This document shows positions 55,064-64,000 of a stretch of 64,000 nucleotides of DNA, in pieces. Below the pieces are notes generated by a model. That model worked only from the letters and a program-made list of their open reading frames with translations. It ran no database searches and had not been told where the DNA came from. Position numbers and translations under genes: made by a program. Source of the DNA: an uncultured Bacilli bacterium (lineage in GTDB: Bacteria > Bacillota_I > Bacilli_A > RF39 > UBA660). Each line of letters starts with the position of its first letter. Position 1 is the stretch's first letter. The stretch lies in contig CALVXC010000002.1 of assembly GCA_944368805.1 (NCBI GenBank), positions 5,153 to 69,152 on the forward strand. The letters run 5' to 3'.

Positions 55064-55516
55064 ATGGCTGAAAAAAAAGAAAAAGTAGAAAAAAAGGAAG
55101 AGGTTGAAGAAACCAAAAAAGTAGAAGATAAAAAAGAAGAAGAGACTGTTTCTAAAGGAAATACTAAAATATATAAAATTTTAGCTTATTTTGGTATTTT
55201 ATGGATTGTTGGTTTATTAGTTCAAGAAAAAGACGATAAAAGTGTTCGTTTTCATGTCGGTCAAGGAATGTTGATAACGATTTTAGGAGTTATTATTGCT
55301 TTAATTAATAATTTATTAGTTGCTAATATATTTGTTGTAACTAAAACTGGTTATTGGGGATTAGTTGAATATCAAACGACTAGTGGTTTAGGTATGTTTA
55401 TAATGGCTATTTTATGGATAATACCTACCGTTTTAGCAATCATAGGAATTATTAATGCGGCTAAAGATCAAGATAAAGAATTACCAGTTATTGGTAAATT
55501 AGCTTTTTATAAATAG
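55064..55516 (+). CDS. DUF4870-like membrane protein with K/E-rich N-terminus
   Basis: ILAYFGILWIVGL...VRFHVGQGMLI pattern. Confidence 0.5.
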   Translation: MAEKKEKVEKKEEVEETKKVEDKKEEETVSKGNTKIYKILAYFGILWIVGLLVQEKDDKSVRFHVGQGMLITILGVIIALINNLLVANIFVVTKTGYWGLVEYQTTSGLGMFIMAILWIIPTVLAIIGIINAAKDQDKELPVIGKLAFYK

Positions 55517-55523
55517 TGATAAT

Positions 55524-55850
55524 ATGAAAAAAATAGGAGTAGTATTAATATTATTAACCCTTATGCTAGTCGGATGTGGTCAAGAAGAATTGATATTTAA
55601 ATCTGATGCATATGGTGAGGAATCACAAATAACTGTTTATTTTAAAGACGGTAAAGCTTTAAAAGCTAAAAGTATGACAGTTTATGATACGGAAGAGGAA
55701 GCTTTAGAAGAATTTAAATATTTAAAAGAATCTGATGTTTATTTAAATCCTAAATTAGAAGATAAAACTATTACGTATGAACAAACTGCTTATATTAAAG
55801 GAATGAGTAAAGAAGAAGTTAAAGCGTTATTTGAAGAAGCCGAAGAATAA
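55524..55850 (+). CDS. Lipoprotein
   Basis: Lipobox LMLVGC. Confidence 0.6.
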   Translation: MKKIGVVLILLTLMLVGCGQEELIFKSDAYGEESQITVYFKDGKALKAKSMTVYDTEEEALEEFKYLKESDVYLNPKLEDKTITYEQTAYIKGMSKEEVKALFEEAEE

Positions 55851-55880
55851 AAAAGTAGAAGTTTATCTACTTTTTTAATC
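55851..55880. terminator. Bidirectional terminator
   Basis: aaaagtagaagtttatctactttttt. Confidence 0.6.
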
Positions 55881-55883
55881 ACT

Positions 55884-56885
55884 TTATTTAAAGAAACGAG
55901 AAATTAAATTTTTATCGTTTTTCTTTTTTGCTTGCAAAGGTTCTGATTTTTTATTTAAAGAATAAATTATTGGGCGGCTTAATATTTTAGAAATATTTCT
56001 AACTAAACCTTTCGTTTGACTTTTAACTCTAGCATAATAACTATCTAAAGAGTCATGTTGAAAATTCAAAATATCATTTAATTTATGACTATCTAGGAAA
56101 TAACCACAGTGGAAATTTTTTTCGGCAAAAGCGCTTTCTTTTAGAAATTTAATATTTAAACCATATATTTTAAACATATTAGTAATAAAATCACGATAAG
56201 TAGTTCGACAATTTTTACCACCACCTAAATTATAAATATGGTGGTTTAATTTTTTTGTATGTTCTAAAGCATTAACTAAAGCTAAAGCAGTATCTTGAGT
56301 TGAAGCTATCTCCATTTTAGTATTTAAAGGCATATGAAACATTAAAGGATCAGTTTTTGGATGGCCCATAATACCTGTTAACCTAAAAATAGTATAATTA
56401 ATATGTGATGAGGCAATTAATTTTTCAGTTTCTATTTTTGTGTATGCATAATAATCACTATAACTAGCTTTAAGTTTATCGCCAACTTTTATCCATGGAT
56501 TATCAATTCTATCACCATAAACACTTACAGAAGATGTATAAATCAAAAAACATTTTTTATTATATTTTTTAATTGCTTTAACTATATTTAAAGTTCCAAA
56601 ATAATTAACTTTTCTAGTTAAATCAGGATTTTTATCAGCTAGAGGTGGAATAATAGCAGCTAGGTGAATAACAGCGTCTTGATTTTTAATAGCTTTTGTA
56701 ATTAATTCTTCATCATTAATACTCCCAAATAAAATTTTAGCTTGTCCCATATACTTTTTTAATAATTTTTTATTTTTTTTAGTTGGTAAATCAATAACCG
56801 TAACTTCATAATTTTTTTCAATTAAAACCTTTAAAGTTTCATGGCCAATACTTCCAGCAGCTCCTGTTAATAACACTTTTAACAT
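55884..56885 (-). CDS. NAD-dependent epimerase/dehydratase (SDR)
   Basis: LLTGAAGSIG Rossmann motif and YxxxK. Confidence 0.7.
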   Translation of the reverse strand: MLKVLLTGAAGSIGHETLKVLIEKNYEVTVIDLPTKKNKKLLKKYMGQAKILFGSINDEELITKAIKNQDAVIHLAAIIPPLADKNPDLTRKVNYFGTLNIVKAIKKYNKKCFLIYTSSVSVYGDRIDNPWIKVGDKLKASYSDYYAYTKIETEKLIASSHINYTIFRLTGIMGHPKTDPLMFHMPLNTKMEIASTQDTALALVNALEHTKKLNHHIYNLGGGKNCRTTYRDFITNMFKIYGLNIKFLKESAFAEKNFHCGYFLDSHKLNDILNFQHDSLDSYYARVKSQTKGLVRNISKILSRPIIYSLNKKSEPLQAKKKNDKNLISRFFK

Positions 56886-56991
56886 AAATTCCCTCCAATT
56901 ATATTATAACAAATATCTTTTTAAATAGTCAAAAATTCTTGTAATTTTCACAAATGATTAGTATAATTAAAGAGTATATGGAGATGATTTA

Positions 56992-57858
56992 ATGAAAAAA
57001 TTACAAAAACAAAAGCCTTTAGAACGTCTTTTATCATATATAATGATTACAATAGGATCTACTTTAGTTGCAATTGCCTTGGGTAATTTATTAGTTCCCA
57101 ATTCTATTTTAGATGGTGGAATTAATGGTATTTCAATTATGTTAGGTTTTCTAACTAAAATTCCTATTAGTGTTTTTATCGTTGTTATTAATATACCTTT
57201 TTTATTAATCGGGTTTAAGAAATTTGGTAAAGAATTTTTAGTTAGATGTTTATATGCAATGGTTTTAATGGCTGTTTTATTAGTTTACTTTGAAAGATTA
57301 CCAGCAATTACTGATGATTTATTATTATCAACCGTTTTTGGTGGTTTAATGTTAGGTATAGGAGTTGGATTAGTTATTCGGTATGGAGGATGTTTAGATG
57401 GTACAGAGATTATTGCGATGTTAATTAGTAAAAAAACTTCCTTTTCGGTTGGACAACTAGTTTTAGCGTGTAATGTGTTTATTTATGCATGGGCTGGATT
57501 TTTATTTAGTTGGGATCGTGCTTTATATTCTTTATTAACATATTTTATTACTTTCAAAGTAATTGATATGGTATCAGAAGGATTAGAACAAGCTAAAGAA
57601 GCAATTATTGTTACAACACAAGGCAAAGAAATAGCTGATGAAATTTATAAAACATTAGGAAGAACTGTTACTTTAATTGAAGGGAAAGGATTAATTACTG
57701 GACAAACAGTTGTTTTGTATTCTGTTATTACAAGAATTGAAGTTCCCCAACTTAAAAAAATAATTGCAAGTGGTGATCGGAAAGCTTTTGTTACCATTAG
57801 TGATGTTTCAGAAATAATTGGTCGACATATAAAAAGTTTACCTGATCAAAAAAATTGA
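56992..57858 (+). CDS. YitT-family membrane protein (DUF161 + DUF2179)
   Basis: Architecture and sequence pattern. Confidence 0.6.
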   Translation: MKKLQKQKPLERLLSYIMITIGSTLVAIALGNLLVPNSILDGGINGISIMLGFLTKIPISVFIVVINIPFLLIGFKKFGKEFLVRCLYAMVLMAVLLVYFERLPAITDDLLLSTVFGGLMLGIGVGLVIRYGGCLDGTEIIAMLISKKTSFSVGQLVLACNVFIYAWAGFLFSWDRALYSLLTYFITFKVIDMVSEGLEQAKEAIIVTTQGKEIADEIYKTLGRTVTLIEGKGLITGQTVVLYSVITRIEVPQLKKIIASGDRKAFVTISDVSEIIGRHIKSLPDQKN

Positions 57859-57868
57859 GGTGAAAAAA

Positions 57869-58993
57869 ATGATTTATTTAGATTATTCAGCAACAACACC
57901 AGTTAATAAAGATGTATTAGATAGTTTTAATAAAGTATGTTTAAATTATTTTGGAAACCCTAATTCTTTACATAAATTAGGGACTGAAGCTAAAAGCTTA
58001 ATTGATAGTTCAACGAAACAAATTGCTGATTGTTTAAAACTTGAAAAACAAGAAATTATTTATACTAGTGGTTCATCAGAAGCTAATAATTTAGCTATTA
58101 AAGGAATTGCTTTAAAATATCAAAATAGAGGTAAACATATTATTACAACAACTTTAGAACATTCTTCAGTTATTGGGCCGATTAGCTATTTAGAAAAAAT
58201 AGGTTTTGATATTGATTTTGTTCCTTTATTAGAAGATGGAACTGTTGATTTAAAAGTTTTAGCTTCTTTAATTCGTGATGATACGATTTTAGTTTCTATT
58301 TGTTCAGTTAATAGTGAAATAGGGATTGTCCAACCAATTGAAGAAATAGCTAAAATAGTTAAAAAATATCCTAAATGTTTTTTTCATACTGATTTAACAC
58401 AAAGTATTGGTAAAATAAATATTTCTTTAAAAGACATTGATTTAGCTAGTTTTTCAGGCCATAAAATATTCGGCCTAAAAGGAATAGGCGCTTTAATTAA
58501 AAAAGAAAAAATTTTGTTAGAACCATTAATTCATGGTGGTAAAAGTACAACTGTTTTTCGAAGTGGAACGCCAGCCACTCCTTTGATTGTTAGTTTAGCC
58601 AAAGCTTTACGCTTATCGTTAGTTGATTTAGATAAAAAATATGATTATGTTAAAAGTTTAAATCAAAAATTAAAATCAGGTTTAAAAAAATATTCTAATG
58701 TATTTATCAATAGTAATGATAAATGTCTACCGTATGTTTTAAATATTAGTATTTTAACAATCAAACCAGAAACTTTTCAACATGCTTTAGAGGAAAATGA
58801 TATTTATATTTCAACTCAAACAGCTTGTTCAAGCTCAGATACTCCATCGAAAGCTGTTTATGCGGTTACTAATAATAAAGAAAAAGCGCTTTCTTCATTA
58901 CGAATAAGTTTAGCTCATATAACTAAAGAAGAAGAAATCGATAAATTTTTAAATGCTTTTGATAAATGTTATAATAGTTTAATGTTGAGGTGA
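57869..58993 (+). CDS. Cysteine desulfurase (class V aminotransferase, NifS/IscS-like)
   Basis: IYLDYSATTP, SFSGHKIFG PLP-Lys region and C-terminal active-site Cys region. Confidence 0.8.
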   Translation: MIYLDYSATTPVNKDVLDSFNKVCLNYFGNPNSLHKLGTEAKSLIDSSTKQIADCLKLEKQEIIYTSGSSEANNLAIKGIALKYQNRGKHIITTTLEHSSVIGPISYLEKIGFDIDFVPLLEDGTVDLKVLASLIRDDTILVSICSVNSEIGIVQPIEEIAKIVKKYPKCFFHTDLTQSIGKINISLKDIDLASFSGHKIFGLKGIGALIKKEKILLEPLIHGGKSTTVFRSGTPATPLIVSLAKALRLSLVDLDKKYDYVKSLNQKLKSGLKKYSNVFINSNDKCLPYVLNISILTIKPETFQHALEENDIYISTQTACSSSDTPSKAVYAVTNNKEKALSSLRISLAHITKEEEIDKFLNAFDKCYNSLMLR

Positions 58994-58997
58994 GTTA

Positions 58998-59261
58998 ATG
59001 AAAATAATAAAAATAGGAGCTTTATGGTGTCCAGCTTGTTTGATTGTTAATAAACATTTAAAAAAAATTGATAATGTTGACATAGTAAGTTATGACTATG
59101 ATTTTGATGAAGAAATAGTTAAAAAGTATGATGTTGGTAAAATTTTACCTGTTCTTATTTTTTTAGATAGTTTAGGTAATGAGAAAAAAAGATTGATTGG
59201 AGAAGTTAGTCAAAAAGAGATTGAAAATGCAATAAAGGATGTTTTATATGAAGTTAATTAA
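58998..59261 (+). CDS. Thioredoxin-like protein
   Basis: WCPAC redox motif. Confidence 0.6.
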   Translation: MKIIKIGALWCPACLIVNKHLKKIDNVDIVSYDYDFDEEIVKKYDVGKILPVLIFLDSLGNEKKRLIGEVSQKEIENAIKDVLYEVN

Positions 59262-60429
59262 AAAAGTAATTTTTGTTGTTTGTTTATTTATGATAACGCC
59301 ATTTGTTATTAATGCCCAAGAAGAAGTTGATATTTATTTATTTTGGGGAGATGGTTGTCCTCATTGTGCGCATGAAAAAGAGTTTTTAAATGAATTAGAA
59401 AAAGAAGATGAAAATTTAAATGTTCATTTATACGAAGTGTGGAACGATGAAGATAATGCTGAACTTATGGAACAAGTAAAAACTTCTTTTGGAATCGAAG
59501 CAACATCAAGTGTACCATTTACTGTTATTGGTAATCAAGTTTTTAGTGGCTATAGTGATAGTATTGGTTCACAAATCGAATCAGCTTTAGATAAATGTTA
59601 TGAAAATGGCTGTGAAGATGTAGTTGCTCAAATTATGAATGATAATGATATAAAAATAGAAAATAGTAGTAGTTTAGATGATGAAGTTGATATTCCTCTT
59701 TTAGGTAATGTTAATGTAAAAGAGGCATCTTTGCCATTAATTGCTTTAGTAATAGGGCTAGTTGATGGTTTTAATCCTTGTGCGATGTGGATTTTATTAT
59801 TTTTAATTAGTATGCTTTTAGGTATGAAAAATAAAAAAAGAATGTGGGCGCTTGGAATAACCTTTTTAGTAGCCTCTTCAATAGTATATTTATTGTTTAT
59901 GGTAGCTTGGTTAGGAATTACTTTAAAAATAAGTCAGGTTTTAATTGTCAGAATTATTATTGCTGTTATTGCTTTGATTGGTGGAATTGTTAATCTTCGC
60001 AGTTATTTTAAAGCTAATGATAGTGGTTGTGAAGTAGTTGATGATAGAAAACGTAAAAAAATTATTGATAAAATCAAGAAAATTATTCATGAGAAAAGTT
60101 TTATTTTAGCTATTTTGGGGGTAATTGCTTTAGCTTTTACTGTTAATTTAATTGAATTAGCTTGTTCAGCTGGATTGCCTTTATTATTTACTCAAATTTT
60201 AGCTTTAAATGATTTAAGTAATGTACAATATATTGTTTATATTTTAATTTATATTTTCTTTTTCTTACTTGATGATTTAATAGTTTTTATTGTTGCAATG
60301 GTAACTTTACAAGTAACTGGTATTACAACTAAATATAATAAAGTTTCGCATTTAATTGGTGGCGTTTTAATGATTTTAATTGGTCTTTTATTGATTTTCA
60401 AACCAGAATGGATAATGTTTAATTTTTAA
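59248..60429 (+). CDS. Fusion of secreted thioredoxin-like domain with CcdA/DsbD-type membrane domain
   Basis: Signal peptide, WGDGCPHC, then a TM domain with the NPC motif (DGFNPCAMW). Confidence 0.65.
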   Translation: MKLIKKVIFVVCLFMITPFVINAQEEVDIYLFWGDGCPHCAHEKEFLNELEKEDENLNVHLYEVWNDEDNAELMEQVKTSFGIEATSSVPFTVIGNQVFSGYSDSIGSQIESALDKCYENGCEDVVAQIMNDNDIKIENSSSLDDEVDIPLLGNVNVKEASLPLIALVIGLVDGFNPCAMWILLFLISMLLGMKNKKRMWALGITFLVASSIVYLLFMVAWLGITLKISQVLIVRIIIAVIALIGGIVNLRSYFKANDSGCEVVDDRKRKKIIDKIKKIIHEKSFILAILGVIALAFTVNLIELACSAGLPLLFTQILALNDLSNVQYIVYILIYIFFFLLDDLIVFIVAMVTLQVTGITTKYNKVSHLIGGVLMILIGLLLIFKPEWIMFNF

Positions 60430-60443
60430 TATTGGAGGCAAGT

Positions 60444-60983
60444 ATGAAGTATTTTAAAAAAATTGAAGGTTCAAGAATATATTTATCACCAATGAATATA
60501 GATGATTTAGAAATATATACTAAATGGTTAAACGATTGTAATGTAACTAATGGTATACATGGTACTCATAAAATGATTAATTTAGAAACTGAAAAAGAAT
60601 ATTTAAATAAATGCCTTTCCAATGGTGAGTATCAATTTGCAATCGTAAAAAAAGAAAACGATGAATTGATTGGTAATTGTGGAATAGATGATATAAGTTT
60701 TCGTGATCAAAATGGAGTTATAGGTTTATTTATTGGTGAAGAAGAGAATAGAAATAAAGGTTATGGCAAAGAAGCTATTGATTTATTATTAGAATATTGT
60801 TTTAATTATTTAAATTTAAATAATATTATGTTAAAAGTATTTTCATTTAATGAAAGAGCTATTAAGTGTTATAAAAAAGTGGGTTTTAAAGAAATAGGTA
60901 GAAGAAGAAAATGTTGTTATTTAAATGGTAAGTTTTATGATGATGTTTATATGGATATTTTAAAAGAAGAATATTTTAAGTGA
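60444..60983 (+). CDS. GNAT N-acetyltransferase (RimL-like)
   Basis: GNAT motifs. RBS GGAGG lies before the ATG at 60444. Confidence 0.65.
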   Translation: MKYFKKIEGSRIYLSPMNIDDLEIYTKWLNDCNVTNGIHGTHKMINLETEKEYLNKCLSNGEYQFAIVKKENDELIGNCGIDDISFRDQNGVIGLFIGEEENRNKGYGKEAIDLLLEYCFNYLNLNNIMLKVFSFNERAIKCYKKVGFKEIGRRRKCCYLNGKFYDDVYMDILKEEYFK

Positions 60984-61176
60984 TATTATTTAAAAAAATT
61001 ATATACTAATAAAATTATAAATTGGTATATAATTTTTTATTTTGATTGAACAAAAAATAAAAGTTTTTTTGTTTGTATCCTAAAAAAATGTAAAAAATGA
61101 TAGTTAATAAAATTATAAAATTTTTAATGTTATTTTATATTAGTTTTTAAACTTAATAAATATATTTTGTAAAGAA

Positions 61177-61203
61177 AAACGTTAGATTAATTTCTAACGT
61201 TTA
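61177..61203 (-). terminator. Terminator after glmS
   Basis: aaacgttagaaattaatctaacgttt hairpin. Confidence 0.5.
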
Positions 61204-63006
61204 TTCAACAGTAACCGATTTAGCTAAATTTCTAGGTTTATCAATATCGCATCCTCTTAATAAAGCAACTTCATAAGCTATTACTTGAAGTGGGATAATT
61301 GAAAGTAAAGGTTGCGTAAATGGATTTACACTAGGAATGACAATTTTTTCATCATAATAATCTGATTCTGTATTTAAGTTTTCAGAAATAATTAAAATAA
61401 CTTTCGCACCTCTAGCTTTGACTTCTTTAATATTACTAATAGTTTTACTAGCTAATTTTTCATCAGTAACAATAGCTATAACCGGAGTATCTTTTTCGAT
61501 TAAAGAAATAGAACCATGTTTTAATTCTCCAGCTGCATAAGATTCACAGTGGATATAAGAAATTTCTTTTAATTTCAAAGCTCCTTCTTTAGCAATTGCT
61601 TCATCAATACCACGTCCAATAAAGAAGATATGTTCTTTTTTATATATTTTTTTAGCTATTTTTTTATAATCTTGATTGATTAAATCTTTTATTAAACTAG
61701 GTAATTTTTTCATTTCATCGAAAATTTTACTAACTAAAACATTATCTAGTTTCTTTTTATTAATTGCAATATTTAAAGCAATTAATGATAATAATGTTGA
61801 CTGCGCTAAATAAGCTTTAGTAGTAGCAACAGCTATTTCACATCCAGCTTTAATATATAATGTTTTATCAGCTTCTCTAGCAATTGAGCTACCAACAACA
61901 TTGATAATGGCAAGTGAATCAATACCTTGTTCTTTGACTTTTCTTAAACAAGCTAAGGTATCGGCTGTTTCACCAGATTGGGAAATAAAAATAACTAAAG
62001 TTTTGGCGTTATAAAAAACTTTTTTATAGCGATATTCACTAGCAATTTCAACTGAAACAGGAATTTCACCAAATTCTTCAATTAAAGCTTTGCCGACTAA
62101 ACCAGTATGATAAGCACTACCACATGCAACAATATGAATTTGTTCATATTTACTTAAATCAGGTATTTCTTTTCGTAAACTTTGTTTACCATCTTTGATA
62201 CAAGGTGCGATTGTATCTTCGATAACAAAAGGTTGTTCATTTATTTCTTTTAACATAAAATGATCGTAACCATTTTTCATAGCGTTTTCTAAATCTAAAT
62301 CAAAAGTTTGAAGTTCTTTTTTGACTTCTTTTAAATCGTGATTGTAAATAGTTAAATTATCTTTACTGATTTTACCAATTTCGTTATTTTCAATTAAGTA
62401 ATATTTATTGGTATATTTTAAAATAGCTGGAACATCAGAAGCTATAAAATAACCATCAGTTGATTTAGCAATAATTAAAGGACTATCTTTTTTTAAACAA
62501 TATAAATGATTAGGATCATCGGTACAAATAATTCCCATTGCATAAGATCCTTCAAAAATGTCTTGACATTTACTTAAAGCTTTTAAAATATCTTTTTCTT
62601 GATTATACATTTTATCAATTAAAGCAGTAGCAATTTCGGTATCGGTTTCAGAATAAAATTTATAACCGTCTTTTATAAGTTTTTGTTTTAATTTTTCATA
62701 ATTTTCAATAATTCCATTATGAACTAAAGCTATTTTTCCTTGCATATGAGGATGCGCATTATTTTCGCTAGGGGCACCATGAGTTGCCCATCTTGTATGA
62801 CCAATTCCTAAATTAGATTTTTGTTTATAATTAACACATTTATCTAAATTTTCTAATTTTCCTTGCTTTTTTAATATATTTATTTTATCTGTCATATAGG
62901 CAATACCAGCTGAATCATAACCACGGTATTCTAAAGATTTTAAACCATTGATTAGAAATTCTAAAGTATTATCGTTTTTTCCTATATAACCTACAATTCC
63001 ACACAT
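61201..63006 (-). CDS. glmS: Glutamine--fructose-6-phosphate aminotransferase
   Basis: MCGIVGY N-terminal nucleophile, two SIS domains. Confidence 0.95.
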   Translation of the reverse strand: MCGIVGYIGKNDNTLEFLINGLKSLEYRGYDSAGIAYMTDKINILKKQGKLENLDKCVNYKQKSNLGIGHTRWATHGAPSENNAHPHMQGKIALVHNGIIENYEKLKQKLIKDGYKFYSETDTEIATALIDKMYNQEKDILKALSKCQDIFEGSYAMGIICTDDPNHLYCLKKDSPLIIAKSTDGYFIASDVPAILKYTNKYYLIENNEIGKISKDNLTIYNHDLKEVKKELQTFDLDLENAMKNGYDHFMLKEINEQPFVIEDTIAPCIKDGKQSLRKEIPDLSKYEQIHIVACGSAYHTGLVGKALIEEFGEIPVSVEIASEYRYKKVFYNAKTLVIFISQSGETADTLACLRKVKEQGIDSLAIINVVGSSIAREADKTLYIKAGCEIAVATTKAYLAQSTLLSLIALNIAINKKKLDNVLVSKIFDEMKKLPSLIKDLINQDYKKIAKKIYKKEHIFFIGRGIDEAIAKEGALKLKEISYIHCESYAAGELKHGSISLIEKDTPVIAIVTDEKLASKTISNIKEVKARGAKVILIISENLNTESDYYDEKIVIPSVNPFTQPLLSIIPLQVIAYEVALLRGCDIDKPRNLAKSVTVE

Positions 63007-63009
63007 ATA

Positions 63010-63170
63010 ACCTCCTAAAATTGTGATTAATAAATGATATATTCTTTGTTGTAAGACGATATTTTACTTTTTAAAATATATCTAACGAAGTTATCGCTCC
63101 GTAGTAGCATCCGCTGATAATTCGACAACTACTATCCTCGTCAACTAATTAAGTCCAAGCGCTAAATAAT
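63010..63170 (-). ncRNA. glmS ribozyme: glmS ribozyme (GlcN6P-responsive self-cleaving riboswitch)
   Basis: - strand AGCGCUUGGACU...GACGAGGAUAGUAGUUGUCGAAUUAUCAGCGGAUGCUACUAC... matches the B. subtilis glmS core (GACGAGGAUGGAGGUUAUCGAAUUUUCGGCGGAUGCCUCC). Lies in the 5' UTR of glmS. Confidence 0.8.
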
Positions 63171-63208
63171 TAACATTTTACCTCCTTTTAGGTTAATTAT
63201 CTATTAAT

Positions 63209-63237
63209 ATTATATTATATATTTTTAAATTGTTCAA
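63209..63237 (-). promoter_or_regulatory. SigA promoter of glmS
   Basis: - strand TTGAAC, 17 nt, TATAAT. Confidence 0.55.
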
Positions 63238-63455
63238 TAAAAATTGTTTAAATGGATTTTAATTGACAATAAAAATTAATGAATATTATGAATAACAACT
63301 TTAAAATGTTATGATTTACTATATTATCTTCTAAGTATAATACCAATCTGAATATTATTATGGTATAATGATAAGGAAATGAAAATATCTAAATTTGGAA
63401 AAGAAATTCGTTTAAAAATAAATAAAGATGATATAAAAAAGTAGAGGTGGTATTG

Positions 63456-63950
63456 ATGAATGAAATTGAAAAGAAGTTTTTAGTTAAAGAAATTCCTACT
63501 AATTTAGAAAATTTTGTTAGTGATAAGATTATTCAGGGATATTTAAATATTACATCGGAGCCAGTTTTAAGAATTAGAGCAAAGAAAAATAAGTATTTTT
63601 TAACATATAAAAGTTCAATAAAAGGAAAATCATCTTTTGATTATAATATATGTAATGAATATGAACTGCCAATTTCTTTAGATGCTTTTGAGCATTTAAA
63701 AACCAAAATAGACGGAAATTTAATTGTTAAAGATCGTTATTATATAAAACTTGATAACAATTTAACTGCTGAATTAGATGTGTTTGATGGTAAATTAAAA
63801 GGTTTAGTTTTGGTTGAAGTTGAATTTGAATGTGAAGATGATGCTAAAAACTTTATAAAGCCTAATTGGTTTGGAAAAGATGTTTCGAAAGATAAAAAAT
63901 ATCGAAATTCCTTTTTATCAACAATTAATTCTTTAGAAGAGTTATTATAA
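63456..63950 (+). CDS. CYTH-domain protein (CyaB/triphosphatase-like)
   Basis: EIEKKFLV N-terminal CYTH signature. RBS GAGGTGG lies before the ATG at 63456. Confidence 0.65.
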   Translation: MNEIEKKFLVKEIPTNLENFVSDKIIQGYLNITSEPVLRIRAKKNKYFLTYKSSIKGKSSFDYNICNEYELPISLDAFEHLKTKIDGNLIVKDRYYIKLDNNLTAELDVFDGKLKGLVLVEVEFECEDDAKNFIKPNWFGKDVSKDKKYRNSFLSTINSLEELL

Positions 63951-64000
63951 AAAACTTATAACATTAGACTATCAACAAATTCGTTAATAGTCTTTTAAAG

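Noticed and set aside
63379-63444. 21-aa ORF (MKISKFGKEIRLKINKDDIKK) upstream of the CYTH gene
   Set aside because: Too short and no convincing RBS spacing. Possibly just 5' UTR.

Overview
This is a 64 kb chromosomal segment from a low-GC (~27-28%) Firmicutes genome, with genes mostly on the + strand. The standard genetic code applies: TGA is used as a stop (thyA/folA ATGA overlap; the CPBP gene). The organism is clearly an endospore former: sspI, a spoIIAA-sigF-spoVAC/spoVAD/spoVAEb block and BclA-like collagen (G-X-T)n repeats are present. The housekeeping backbone is: AI-2E transporter, dNMP-kinase-like gene, compact alaS, HD phosphohydrolase, ireB-ruvX-DUF1292-mltG-yrrM, lepA, hemW, Zn-ADH, HD protein, thyA-folA-tmk, GDPD, ASCH, hrcA-grpE-dnaK-pepF-dnaJ (twin CIRCE operators), CDF transporter, frr, rpmB, dnaE, lemA/DUF2207, degV, NifS-like desulfurase with thioredoxin/CcdA, and glmS with its ribozyme leader. 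Four accessory regions stand out. (1) At the left end (1-6466) two paralogous large serine recombinase genes are each followed immediately by a start-less collagen-like G-X-T cassette; the second cassette abuts a GT-A/TPR glycosyltransferase. Nearby are a CPBP protease/membrane-protein pair and a ~45-bp inverted-repeat element. (2) At 52231-54268 (- strand) a RiPP-like operon encodes a precursor peptide, a radical-SAM/SPASM maturase and a GNAT. (3) A MerR / degenerate coupling-protein-like ATPase / Zn-ribbon / Nudix island lies at 39474-42748. (4) The sporulation block is reduced: spoIIAA-sigF lacks spoIIAB. No tRNA, rRNA or CRISPR was found. All calls rest on reading the sequence and motif recall; no database searches were run.
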